Assembly: GCA_003577355.1 (NCBI GenBank)
Contig: QEUZ01000028.1
Coordinates: forward strand, 1-19,832
DNA from: Chloroflexota bacterium
Lineage (GTDB): Bacteria > Chloroflexota > Chloroflexia > Thermomicrobiales > CFX8
DNA length: 19,832 nt
Direction: 5' to 3'
This document shows, in pieces, positions 7,426 to 15,623 of the stretch; positions within the stretch are counted from its first letter, which is position 1; every line of letters starts with the position of its first letter. A model generated the notes under the pieces. That model made no database searches, was not told the DNA's origin, and saw only the letters and a list, made by a program, of their open reading frames with translations. A program made the translations under genes and the position numbers.

Positions 7426-7630
7426 GCCTGCACAAGAACAGTGTCCCCGTGGTGATGGATGACGCGCACGACGCAGCAGTGAGGAGGTTGCCGGCGAGCG
7501 TCCTTTCGGCCTTCCGTGTGGGAGTCGCGGGTGGGCCGGTTCGTGCATTGCTGCCGGTGTCGGAAGCGCCGGCACGCAGGTCACGTGGGTGTCTTGAGGA
7601 ACTCAGGGGTATCACGGAGGGAGTCAGTCC

Positions 7631-10600
7631 GTGAGGAGGCCATTCTCTCGGTCGCGCCGTACGCGGCGTGCCGTTTCGGTTCTGTCGGTTGTCTGCATCG
7701 CGTCGCTGGTGCTGCTTGGCTCCGCCGGCAGCCCACTGCGTAGCGCGCGCGGTGTGGCCCAAGGTTCTGGCGGGATGCGGATCACCAGCGCCACCGATGC
7801 AGCGCGGGCGAAGGTGCACCCCGCCCTGCGGGCGCAGGCCGAGAGCCAGCCGGATGCCCGCCTGCTGGTGCACGCTTACGCCAAGGTCGGCACCGACCTT
7901 TCCGCCTACATGTCGGCCTCGGTCTCCCGTGCCTGGACCGATCCGCTCGGCAACACCTTCATCTCCGGTCTGGTCAAAGGGTCGGATGTGGTGAAGCTGG
8001 CGAGCCTCGAGGGCGTGGTCGTGGTTGAGCCGTCGGAAGGCGCCAAGCAGCCGTCACTCGCGCCGGATTCCGTGCAGGCCGGCGCGGTCAAGCCGAACGC
8101 CGCCATCCAGGAGCAGATGCGCACGATCATGGCGGCGGGGCAGTCCGGCAACGCCACCGGCGGCGGCAATGCCCCGGCTCCAACCGGCTGGAGCGACGTG
8201 CTGAACAACCATCAGTCGAGCCTGGCCTGGGACAAGGGCTACACCGGCCAGGGCGTGACCATCATGGTCAACGACTCCGGCATCGACTTCGCCCACCCGG
8301 ACCTCTACGGCACCTGGGCAACCGTCACCGACCCAGCCTCGCCGTACTACGGCTGGCCGATGATGTTCGACGCCCGTTCGGCGCTGATGCTGGCGCTCGA
8401 CATGCTGGCTGGCACCGACTACGTCGCCAGCGGCCAGAGCCACTACGCCGACACCAGCACCGTCGTTACCGAAGGTGCATCGGACTACGCTCCGCTGGAA
8501 GCGGCGGCGCCGCACACCTACGTACTGACGGGCACCAGCCTCAGCGGCAATTACCACATCGGCACCCACCCGGATACCAGCCTGCGCGACTGGTACGCGC
8601 TGGTCTACGAGGTCCCCGAAGGGGAAGTCGGCGAACGGCCGGCGGTACTCGTTGTTGACGAGAACGTTCCCGGCGTCTACGACACCGTCTATGTCGACCT
8701 CAACTTCAACTACGACTTCACCGACGATAACCCGGCCACCAAGCAGCAGCCAGTCGTCGCTGCTGACTGGTGGGGCGCGATGGACTACGCAACCGGCGAC
8801 TTCGACCCGAACCCGGATGGCCTGAACGACCAGTCGGGCGGGTTGATCTACTTCATCGCCGACGGCGTCAACTCGGTCCCGACGACGGACTGGGCCTACG
8901 GCCTGCCGGCCCCGGCCAATGGCAGCCTGGTTGCCTTTACGATCCTCGACGCGAACGATAGCCCGGGCGGCGACCACGGCCAGCTCTGCGCCTCGGCCGT
9001 CGTCGGCCAGGGGGTCGCCGATGGCGACTCGTACCTGTACGCGCTTGCCGGCGACCAGGTCGGTGGGGTGCGGCCGTGGTTCAAGCCGGATTCCACCGGT
9101 GGCATGGTCGTTGGGGCGGGCAAGGACGCCAAGATCGTCAGCGCTGGCGACTTCTACTCCGTCGGCGGCGAGGACTGGGCCTTCTACGGCATGATCGGCT
9201 ACGACGGCGTGCCGGGCAGCGGCGACGAAGTCCAGATGATCAGCAATTCGTGGGGCGACAGCTTCACCAACAACGACGGCTGGGATTTCGAATCGCGCTA
9301 CGTGGACCTGATCAACCGCGTGCTCGGCCCGACCACGCTGGTGATCGGCTCAACCGGCAACGGCGCGCCGGGCTTCGGCACGGTGACCTCGCCGGCGCCA
9401 GCGACCGGCCTGAGCGTCGGCGCCTCGACCCAGCATGGCAGCACCGGCTGGGACAACCCCGGCGGGGCCGACCAGATCACCTGGGGCGACGTCGCGGTGT
9501 TCTCCGGCACTGGCCCGGGCGCGCGTGGTGACGTTGGCGTCGATATCCTCGGCAGCGGCTCACGGGCATCCGGCAGCGCAACGCTCAACGAATCGTTCAG
9601 CGGCGCACACGCCTGGTACACCTGGGGCGGCACCAGCCGCGCAACGCCGGTCGTCGCCGGCAACGCTGCGCTGATGTACCAGGCGTACATGGAGAACTAC
9701 GGCGCCTGGCCTGATATCTGGACCGCCAAGGCGATCCTCAAGAGCGGCGCGCGTGACGCCAACTACGACCCGTTCCGCCAGGGCGCCGGGCTGGTCAACG
9801 GCAACCGCGCCGTCGATATCGCTTCCGGCATGGCCGGGTTCTACGTCACCCCGGATGCCTGGGTCGCTGGCGATTACGCTGGCGGCAACTGGCCGGGCTT
9901 CACCAACGTCCTGCGGCCCGGCGAATCCAGCGAAACCTGGCTGACGGTCAACAACCCGACCGATAACTGGCTCTTCCTCACCAGTGGCGACCGCTGGCTG
10001 CAGCGGCAGAGCTCGACGGAATGGTCGTTCACCAGCTCGAACATCGCCGACGAGGCGCTGGAGCTGGTGGAGGACAATCCCGGCGCAACGGTCTACGACT
10101 GGAACCTGCCGCACTATGTCTGGGACATCACCAGCATGATCCCGGCCGGGACCGACCTGATGGTCTTCCGCCAGAACTACTCCTACGACCAGTACGACCC
10201 CGCTGGCTCGTATGCCTGGGACCAGGTAAACGACTGGTACACCATCATCTACGACTGGAAGGACAACAACGGCGACGGGGACGTCTGGACCGACCTCAAC
10301 GGCGATGGCACGGTCCAGCCGGACGAGTACGACATGGGTGAACTGGTGCGGCGTGAGTACGCCAACCAGCGCGGCAATACCAGCTACATCTACGCCCAGA
10401 AGCCGCTTGAACGCTCGCACGATGGGGTCTACATCGGTCTGTTCCACAATCAGGCGCGCGCGGATGTCCCGACGACAACGATGACCCTGGGGCTCGACTT
10501 CTACCAGAACGTCGATTTCCCCTGGGTGAGCGTCGTGTCGGACGTGGCCGTGCCGCCGGGCGACAGCGCCAAGGTCAAGGTTTCGGTGCAGGTGCCGGGC

Positions 10601-11818
10601 GATGCTCCGGCCGGCCTGTACGAGGGCGCGGTCTGGTTCAACGACGGGTACTGGAACACCACCGTGCCGGTTGTCGTGAATGTCGCGGGGCGCGGCTACA
10701 ACATGACCGCCGGGGGCAACGCCGGCGACGGCTGGTACGACAACGGCCAGGTCTATGGCGGGCAGTCGTGGCGCTGGCGCGCCGAATCGGGCGACTGGCG
10801 CTTCTACTTTGCCGACCTGGGCGAGAACCCAGCTGGCCTCAACCGCCTGAACGGCACCGAGTACTGGATGGTCCAGGCCGACTGGGCCAACCTGCCAACC
10901 GATATCAACGTCCACCTCTTTGGGCCAACGCTTGACGAGTTCAGCGCGGACGAGCCGGGATACTACGGCCCGTATACGCTAGGCCCGATCGGCGGCAGCA
11001 ACGCTGGCTATGCTGGGGACGGCGTCTTCCTGACGCAAACGAGCGGCGGCGACAGCACCGAGTTCGTCGGTGCGCCGTATATCCCCGGCCTGAACCTGAT
11101 TGCCATCGACAACGTCAACTACGATGGTACGAGCCCGAGTGAGTGGGTCGATATCCGTGCCGGTGTACTCTCGGTGTCGGATAGCCCGATCAACGTCTCG
11201 CGCTCGTCCGGCGGCGCTGACTATCGCCTGACCGAGACCATCGTCTCGACGCTGGGGCTCTCCGGCCTGGTGATCGATGGCTACGGCTTGAGCAAGCCGG
11301 AAGTCGAAACCGGCCTGCCGATCCAGCAGGACGACCCGAACGACCCGATGACGGCCAGCTACTCCAAGCGCCTGACGCTGGAGCACGCCGGGCTCCTCGA
11401 TATCGTGCTGGACGGCCAGTCGGGCGATGACCTCGACCTCTACCTGCTCTACGACTTCAACAACGATGGCCAGTTTGAGGCCGGAGAGCAGGTCGGCGCC
11501 TCGACGACGGCCACGGCCGACGAGTCGATCTCGATCACCCTGCCGATGGACGGCGAGTACCTGATCCTCGTCCACGGCTGGGCTGTCCCGGCCGGGTCCT
11601 CCACGTTCACCCTCTCGGTCAACGCGGTGCAGGGCACGAGCATCAGCGTCAGCGGCCTGCCGCAAGGGGAGATCCTGGCCGGACAACGCTACAGCTTCGA
11701 TGTGGAGATGGACGCCGCTGGTTACGAACCGGGCGTCTACTCCGGCCTGATCACCCTCGGCCCGCCGGAAGGCCCGGCCGCGGTGATGATCCCGGTGACG
11801 TTCGTCGTCACCGAGTAA
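7631..11818 (+). CDS. Secreted S8-family (subtilisin-like) serine protease, 1395 aa. It has a large insertion between catalytic Asp and His and a long C-terminal extension ending in a PPC-like (pre-peptidase C-terminal) beta-domain.
   Basis: GTG start at 7631 preceded by acGGAGGGAgtcagtcc. N-terminal signal-like MRRPFSRSRRTRRAVSVLSVVCIASLVLLGSAGS. Catalytic motifs in D-H-S order: GVTIMVNDSGIDFAHPDL (Asp ~aa 215), GGDHGQLCASAVVGQG (His ~aa 440), WGGTSRATPVVAGNAALM (Ser ~aa 670). C-terminal LDIVLDGQSGDDLDLYLLYDFNNDGQFEAGEQVGAS…GEYLILVHGW is PPC-domain-like. Stop TAA at 11816..11818. Confidence 0.9.
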   Translation: MRRPFSRSRRTRRAVSVLSVVCIASLVLLGSAGSPLRSARGVAQGSGGMRITSATDAARAKVHPALRAQAESQPDARLLVHAYAKVGTDLSAYMSASVSRAWTDPLGNTFISGLVKGSDVVKLASLEGVVVVEPSEGAKQPSLAPDSVQAGAVKPNAAIQEQMRTIMAAGQSGNATGGGNAPAPTGWSDVLNNHQSSLAWDKGYTGQGVTIMVNDSGIDFAHPDLYGTWATVTDPASPYYGWPMMFDARSALMLALDMLAGTDYVASGQSHYADTSTVVTEGASDYAPLEAAAPHTYVLTGTSLSGNYHIGTHPDTSLRDWYALVYEVPEGEVGERPAVLVVDENVPGVYDTVYVDLNFNYDFTDDNPATKQQPVVAADWWGAMDYATGDFDPNPDGLNDQSGGLIYFIADGVNSVPTTDWAYGLPAPANGSLVAFTILDANDSPGGDHGQLCASAVVGQGVADGDSYLYALAGDQVGGVRPWFKPDSTGGMVVGAGKDAKIVSAGDFYSVGGEDWAFYGMIGYDGVPGSGDEVQMISNSWGDSFTNNDGWDFESRYVDLINRVLGPTTLVIGSTGNGAPGFGTVTSPAPATGLSVGASTQHGSTGWDNPGGADQITWGDVAVFSGTGPGARGDVGVDILGSGSRASGSATLNESFSGAHAWYTWGGTSRATPVVAGNAALMYQAYMENYGAWPDIWTAKAILKSGARDANYDPFRQGAGLVNGNRAVDIASGMAGFYVTPDAWVAGDYAGGNWPGFTNVLRPGESSETWLTVNNPTDNWLFLTSGDRWLQRQSSTEWSFTSSNIADEALELVEDNPGATVYDWNLPHYVWDITSMIPAGTDLMVFRQNYSYDQYDPAGSYAWDQVNDWYTIIYDWKDNNGDGDVWTDLNGDGTVQPDEYDMGELVRREYANQRGNTSYIYAQKPLERSHDGVYIGLFHNQARADVPTTTMTLGLDFYQNVDFPWVSVVSDVAVPPGDSAKVKVSVQVPGDAPAGLYEGAVWFNDGYWNTTVPVVVNVAGRGYNMTAGGNAGDGWYDNGQVYGGQSWRWRAESGDWRFYFADLGENPAGLNRLNGTEYWMVQADWANLPTDINVHLFGPTLDEFSADEPGYYGPYTLGPIGGSNAGYAGDGVFLTQTSGGDSTEFVGAPYIPGLNLIAIDNVNYDGTSPSEWVDIRAGVLSVSDSPINVSRSSGGADYRLTETIVSTLGLSGLVIDGYGLSKPEVETGLPIQQDDPNDPMTASYSKRLTLEHAGLLDIVLDGQSGDDLDLYLLYDFNNDGQFEAGEQVGASTTATADESISITLPMDGEYLILVHGWAVPAGSSTFTLSVNAVQGTSISVSGLPQGEILAGQRYSFDVEMDAAGYEPGVYSGLITLGPPEGPAAVMIPVTFVVTE

Positions 11819-11872
11819 CCAGGGAGGCAACCGGCCGTCGCGCATGACGAAGCGCGATAGCCGGGCACAACG

Positions 11873-11902
11873 CAGGGGGCGGCAGGAAACTGCCACCCCC
11901 TG
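11873..11902. terminator. Strong GC hairpin with GAAA (GNRA) tetraloop between convergent genes; probable intrinsic terminator for the S8 gene and possibly bidirectional.
   Basis: cagggggcggcag-gaaa-ctgccaccccctg: 12 of 13 bp paired, followed on + by tcacttctcc. Ends exactly at the stop (11903..11905) of the minus-strand RHH gene. Confidence 0.5.
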
Positions 11903-12127
11903 TCACTTCTCCGGTTCGCTGCCGTCAGGTTGCTCTACCGGCCGGGGGGGCGGGCGCTTGCGGCGTTCATCCACCGCGCGCTGCAAGAGAAACTCGATCT
12001 GCCCGTTGACGCTGCGGAACTCATCAGCCGCCCAGCGCTCCAGTTCCTCCCAGAGCATTGGGTTGATCCGCAGCAGGAACGACTTGCGCTGCTGAGGCAC
12101 GGACCACTCTTTCCCATTCCGCACCAT
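11903..12127 (-). CDS. Arc/MetJ-type ribbon-helix-helix (RHH) DNA-binding protein with a Pro/Arg-rich C-terminal tail.
   Basis: …[40 protein letters not shown]… is a strong match to the Arc-like RHH pattern (K-x-F-L-L-R-l-p-x-x-L-x-x-x-L…A…SvN…I…L). I chose the start at ATG 12127 because it overlaps the SPFH stop (TGATG), suggesting coupling. The alternative upstream ATG at 12181 would overlap the SPFH gene by 55 nt. Neither has a strong SD. Confidence 0.55.
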   Translation of the reverse strand: MVRNGKEWSVPQQRKSFLLRINPMLWEELERWAADEFRSVNGQIEFLLQRAVDERRKRPPPRPVEQPDGSEPEK

Positions 12128-13002
12128 CAGTGGTACAGCGTGCCGGCGTTGACCACCGGCGAGGTGGGGTTCTCGCTGCACAGCACCACCAGCAGGTTGG
12201 TCACCATCGACGCCTTGCGCTCTTCATCCAGCGCGACGACGTTGTGGTTCGCCAGCCGTTCGAGCGCCAGCTCCACCATGCCCACCGCGCCATCGACGAT
12301 CTGCCGGCGCGCCGCGACCACCGCAGTGGCCTGCTGCCGGCGCAGCATCGCTTCGGCGATCTCCGGCGCGTAGGCCAGGTAGCTCAGGCGCGCTTCGATG
12401 ATCTCGATGCCTGCACGCTCCAGCCGGGCGGAGAGCTCCTGTTCCAGCAGGTTCGTCACCGTTTCCGAGTTGCGCGAGAGGGCAATGTGGCCCGGTTCAT
12501 CGTCCGGCGCGTCGTAGGGGTAGGAACCGGCCAGGTGGCGGATGGCAGCCTCGCTCTGAAACTTCACGTACTGCTCGAAATCATCGACATCGAACAGCGC
12601 CCGCGCGGTGTCCTGCACCCGCCAGACGACGACTGCTGCGATCTCGATGGGGTTACCGGAGGAATCATTCACCTTCAGCCGCTCGCTGTTGAAGTTGCGT
12701 GCCCGCAGGGAGACGGCCTTCTTGCTGAGGAACGGGTTGGCCCAGTGGAAGCCGTTGCGCTTGGCGGTGCCCTTGTAGGTGCCGAAGAGCACGAGCGCAC
12801 GTCCTTCGTTTGGGTTCACGATGAAAAAGCCGATACTCATCAGCACCCCGACGAGGAACACAACCGCCGCCGCCACGATCAGCGCCACCGACGGCGCGTT
12901 GACCCCTGGGATAAACACCAGGACCGACACGATATAGAGCACGATATTGACCGCCAGCACCAGCCAGCCGTTGCGGGTCGAATACTCGAGTTCCTGGGTC
13001 AT
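12127..13002 (-). CDS. SPFH/band-7 (stomatin/prohibitin/flotillin-like) membrane protein.
   Basis: Start ATG 13002 ([12 protein letters not shown]…) preceded by GAGAGGAAccggcg. Two N-terminal hydrophobic segments ([22 protein letters not shown] / [25 protein letters not shown]), then an SPFH core (…[16 protein letters not shown]…[34 protein letters not shown]…) and a C-terminal coiled-coil-like region. Stop TGA 12127..12129. Confidence 0.85.
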   Translation of the reverse strand: MTQELEYSTRNGWLVLAVNIVLYIVSVLVFIPGVNAPSVALIVAAAVVFLVGVLMSIGFFIVNPNEGRALVLFGTYKGTAKRNGFHWANPFLSKKAVSLRARNFNSERLKVNDSSGNPIEIAAVVVWRVQDTARALFDVDDFEQYVKFQSEAAIRHLAGSYPYDAPDDEPGHIALSRNSETVTNLLEQELSARLERAGIEIIEARLSYLAYAPEIAEAMLRRQQATAVVAARRQIVDGAVGMVELALERLANHNVVALDEERKASMVTNLLVVLCSENPTSPVVNAGTLYH

Positions 13003-13048
13003 CGCCGGTTCCTCTCTATTGGTCAATTCACGCTGCAACGCTATCGCT

Positions 13049-13068
13049 ATGATATCAGATATATATCA
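13049..13068 (-). promoter_or_regulatory. Promoter/operator island of the SPFH-RHH operon: extended -10 (TGATATCAT on the minus strand) embedded in overlapping dyads TGATATCA / GATATATATC / TGATAT-N7-ATATCA.
   Basis: + strand 13049..13068 aTGATATCAGATATATATCA. Minus-strand reading …gtgatatatatcTGaTATCATagcgatagcg… gives TGnTATCAT about 40 nt upstream of the ATG at 13002. This is the only AT-rich stretch in the 368-bp spacer. Confidence 0.4.
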
Positions 13069-13360
13069 CGAAATGGAGACGGGACCGAGCGCGTGCCGGC
13101 AGTGGCTGGCGCGGCTCTGGAGGTTGTGACGACGCACTACCGGCATGAGCGGCTCGACGCATCGGCCAATGGCTCGTGCCAATGCAATGGCATCCGGCAG
13201 AGCGCAAACCTGTACTGCACGCAGGACTGCTCGCGACGGTTGCCATGTCGCAGGCGGATGTGCCGTCTGGCACGGTGGGGTGAGCGTCACGTATGCGCTG
13301 CACGAGTGCAGCATGAGCAGCCGTGCCCCTACGCGATGGTAGGGCAGCCCTCCTGCCGGG

Positions 13361-13729
13361 CTAGATCAGGCGGGCCAGCAGCGCCCCACAGTAGACGGCG
13401 ACCAGGCCCAGCGCCAGCGAGCCGAGCGCGTTCACTGCGGCGCGGACAATGTAGTCGTCTTGCAGCAACTGCAGTGTGTTCCAGGAAAGGGTGGAAAAGG
13501 TCGTGTAGCCGCCGAGCATGCCGGTGGCGACGAAACGTTGCAGGTCGGTCGAGATGTCGAAGCGGGTTGTCGCGAGGGTCAGGAAGAAGCCGATGGCCAG
13601 CGCGCCACTGACGTTGACGACCATGATCCCCAAGGGGAACGTACCGGCGTGTCGGTCGATCCACCCGGCGAGCAGGTAGCGGCCGAGCACCCCCAGGGCG
13701 CCACCACTCATCAACCACACATACGTCAT
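13361..13729 (-). CDS. crcB: Fluoride ion channel / fluoride efflux transporter CrcB (FluC family).
   Basis: 122-aa four-TM protein with the diagnostic GMLGGYTTFSTLSWNT (GGxTTFSTF-type) motif and N-terminal GGALGVLGRY. SD AGGAAGG 9 nt upstream of ATG 13729. Confidence 0.9.
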   Translation of the reverse strand: MTYVWLMSGGALGVLGRYLLAGWIDRHAGTFPLGIMVVNVSGALAIGFFLTLATTRFDISTDLQRFVATGMLGGYTTFSTLSWNTLQLLQDDYIVRAAVNALGSLALGLVAVYCGALLARLI

Positions 13730-13783
13730 GCACCCCGCCTTCCTGCGCTCGTACCGATGATTGTTCCTATCGCGGTAGCCCGC

Positions 13784-13854
13784 GTCCAGGAGCCATCAGG
13801 CCGGCGCCGGCCGGTTCTCTCGCACACCGCGAGAAGGCGGGACCCATCGCCATA
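13784..13854 (-). ncRNA. Fluoride riboswitch (crcB RNA motif) aptamer in the leader of crcB.
   Basis: Minus-strand RNA: UAUGGCGAUGGGUCCCGCC-UUCUCGCGGUGUGCGAGAGAAC-CGGCCGGCGCCGGCC-UGAUGGCUCCUGGAC. This matches the conserved 5' GGCGAUGGnGUnCGCC block (P1 GGCG/CGCC) and the 3' CUGAUGGCnCCU block that directly follows a GC hairpin. Arrangement matches the Thermotoga petrophila aptamer GGGCGAUGAGGCCCGCCC…GCCCUGAAAAGGGCUGAUGGCCUCUAC. The pseudoknot GGGUCC:GGCUCC has one compensatory change (A-U to G-C), one wobble and one U-C mismatch. Located 13 to 83 nt upstream region of crcB, the canonical genomic context. Confidence 0.65.
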
Positions 13855-13867
13855 CTGCTGGTATCCG

Positions 13868-14377
13868 TCAGGCGCGTACAAGCGGTCTGACGGTGTGCGG
13901 CAATGCGCCGCGCGCGATCAGGGTCGCGTCGAGCTGTGCCAAGTGCTCGGCGTCGTGGCGCACCATCTCGCGCGCCAGCTCAAGGATTGTCACGGTTGTG
14001 CCGTCGGTATCGCGGCCAGCTTTGCGCCAGGCATCGTCTGGCAATTCGCGCAGCAACGAGAGGGTGCTCTGGCGCAAGCGCCGGAACTGGCTCATGACGG
14101 TCAGCGTCAGGTCACGCTCGTCGTATTCCAACTGGCCGACCTGCTCGGCGCTGCGCAGGTCTGGCCACTCGCGCTGGGCAAGGTGATAGAGCTTGGCGAA
14201 GTAGTACGCCTCTGCATCGCGCAGGTGCGCGATGATCTCACGCGCCGACCATTCGCCACGTTCCGGCGCGCGGGTGAGCTTTGTCTCATCGCGCTGCGGC
14301 GTCAGGCGCTTGGACAGATAGTTCGGCATCTGCGTCAGCGGCAGAATGACATCGTACTCGTAGATCGACTCGGCCAC
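13868..14377 (-). CDS. DinB/YfiT-like (DinB_2 superfamily) four-helix-bundle metal-dependent protein.
   Basis: …LTRAPERGEWSAREIIAHLRDAEAYYFAKLYHLAQ…MVRHDAEHLAQLDATL… is the pattern of the DinB_2/DUF664 family, including the conserved His pair. GTG start at 14377 (AAGGA 11 nt upstream); the first in-frame ATG is 15 codons downstream. Confidence 0.7.
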   Translation of the reverse strand: MAESIYEYDVILPLTQMPNYLSKRLTPQRDETKLTRAPERGEWSAREIIAHLRDAEAYYFAKLYHLAQREWPDLRSAEQVGQLEYDERDLTLTVMSQFRRLRQSTLSLLRELPDDAWRKAGRDTDGTTVTILELAREMVRHDAEHLAQLDATLIARGALPHTVRPLVRA

Positions 14378-14420
14378 GGCGTCTTCCAGTCCTTGTCGTC
14401 CGGCCCGGTTCCCCCAGGCG

Positions 14421-15623
14421 CTATTGTAGCAACTGCTCGGCCCGGCGCAGCGCCGCCATCAGCCGCGCGTAGAAACGCAGGTTGTGCAATGTAGACAGCC
14501 GTTCCGCCCCGGCATCGCCCACCTTAGTCAGGTGGTGCAGGTAGGCGCGGGAGTAGCGTGTGCAGAGCGGGCAGTCGCAGCCGGGGTCAACCGGGCTGGG
14601 GTCAGCGTGATGGTCGGTGTCACGGCTGTAAAACGTGCGGTAGAAGGGCACACCAGGGCGCGGGGCTGCCTCGGGATAGCCGGGCAGCCAGGTATAGAGC
14701 CGTCCCCGGCGGGCATCACGGGTTGGCAGGCTGCAATCGAACATTGTGTAGCCCAGCGCCTGCGCGGTCACAACGTGTTCTGGGGCGCCGATGCCCAACG
14801 CATGCTTGGGGGCGTCCGCCGGCAGCGCCTCCACTACCACCCGCAGGATATCCTCCAACAGTGCGCCATCGGCGGTCAGCGGCCAGCCGCCGAACCCGAA
14901 GCCATCGAAGCCGATCTCCAGCAGCCGCGCGGCGCATTCCCGCCGCAGCTCCTCGGAGGCGCCACCCTGGACGACGGCGAACAGGAGCGGCGCCTGCCTG
15001 CCACGCGAGTGCTTCCCCCCCAACAGGCGCTCGAACTCTTCGCGACTGCGCTGCGCCCAGCGCACGGTGCGCTCAACCGCCAGACGCTGCTGCTCGGCGT
15101 CGTCACCGGCGTCGGTACAGTCGTCCAGGCAAACAATGATGTCCGATCCGAGCTGGAACTGCAGTTGCACCACCCGTTCCGGCGTCAGCCGCCAGCGTTC
15201 CTTCGTGCCCGGCTCGCGGAAGATGACCTCGTTGGCGCGGATCACGCCGTGCTCCGGGTTCTGGCGGATCAGGGAATAGACCTGGAAGCCGCCGGAATCG
15301 CTCATGATCGGGCGGTCCCAATCCATAAAGCGGTGGATCCCCCCACAGCTTTGGATCGTGCGGACACCGGGCCGGCGCATCAGGTGGAAGGTGTTCACTA
15401 CCAGCGCCGGCACGCCGATGTCGCGCAGGTCCTGTGCGCTCACACCACGTACCGTCGCGCGGGTGGCATCCGGCAGGAAGACGGGCGGGTAGCCGGCAAT
15501 CGCAGGCACACGCCGGTCCCCGGATGCGTCAGATTGGTTCTCGGCAGCTACCTCAGTCATCGCAACGATTTCATGTACCGTCAGACGTGCCGTTGGCCCA
15601 GCGCAGGGCGTGTGTATCACCAT
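14421..15623 (-). CDS. tgt: Queuine tRNA-ribosyltransferase (tRNA-guanine transglycosylase).
   Basis: PVFLPDATRATVRGVSAQDLRDIGVPALVVNTFHLMRRPG…IHRFMDWDRPIMSDSGGFQVYSL…CLDDCT…LFAVVQGG…GFDGFGFGG…GIGAPEHVVTAQALGYTMFDCSLPTRDARRGRLYT…CDCPLCTRYSRAYLHHL matches bacterial Tgt (Zymomonas mobilis reference) including the catalytic Asp motifs and the CxCxxC…H zinc site. The N-terminal 45 aa are divergent, so the start is uncertain; ATG 15623 or internal ATG 15560. Confidence 0.85.
   Translation of the reverse strand: MVIHTPCAGPTARLTVHEIVAMTEVAAENQSDASGDRRVPAIAGYPPVFLPDATRATVRGVSAQDLRDIGVPALVVNTFHLMRRPGVRTIQSCGGIHRFMDWDRPIMSDSGGFQVYSLIRQNPEHGVIRANEVIFREPGTKERWRLTPERVVQLQFQLGSDIIVCLDDCTDAGDDAEQQRLAVERTVRWAQRSREEFERLLGGKHSRGRQAPLLFAVVQGGASEELRRECAARLLEIGFDGFGFGGWPLTADGALLEDILRVVVEALPADAPKHALGIGAPEHVVTAQALGYTMFDCSLPTRDARRGRLYTWLPGYPEAAPRPGVPFYRTFYSRDTDHHADPSPVDPGCDCPLCTRYSRAYLHHLTKVGDAGAERLSTLHNLRFYARLMAALRRAEQLLQ

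Noticed and set aside
7243-7584. N-terminal 114-aa extension of the S9 peptidase ORF (listed as 5293..7584)
   Set aside because: Pro/Arg/Ala-rich low-complexity. The internal ATG at 7242 has a near-perfect SD (GAGAGGAGA) and the homologous peptidase fold starts there.
7631-7700. Tat (twin-arginine) signal for the S8 protease
   Set aside because: The N-region is Arg-rich (SRSRRTRRAVSV) but lacks the S/T-R-R-x-F-L-K pattern; a Sec signal is more likely. Left as a generic signal peptide.
8054-10915. Minus-strand ORFs 8054..8977 (307 aa) and 9560..10915 (451 aa), and + ORFs 9076..9531 and 10021..10341
   Set aside because: These lie inside or antisense to the S8 protease gene, which has an intact D-H-S triad; low-complexity Arg/Val/Gly translations.
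13145-13342. Small ORFs in the 368-bp spacer between crcB and the SPFH operon (13145..13342 +, 13055..13303 -, 13066..13314 -)
   Set aside because: No SD, poor codon usage, Cys/Arg/Ala-rich translations. The region is better explained as a 3' UTR or spacer plus the SPFH promoter. A short hairpin gctgcac-ga-gtgcagc (13286..13301) is noted, but its loop is too short for confidence.
12130-13611. 493-aa + strand ORF
   Set aside because: Antisense to the SPFH gene and to crcB across a spacer; His/Arg-rich nonsense translation.
13460-14494. 344-aa + strand ORF
   Set aside because: Antisense to crcB, the riboswitch and the DinB-like gene, all of which have recognisable products.
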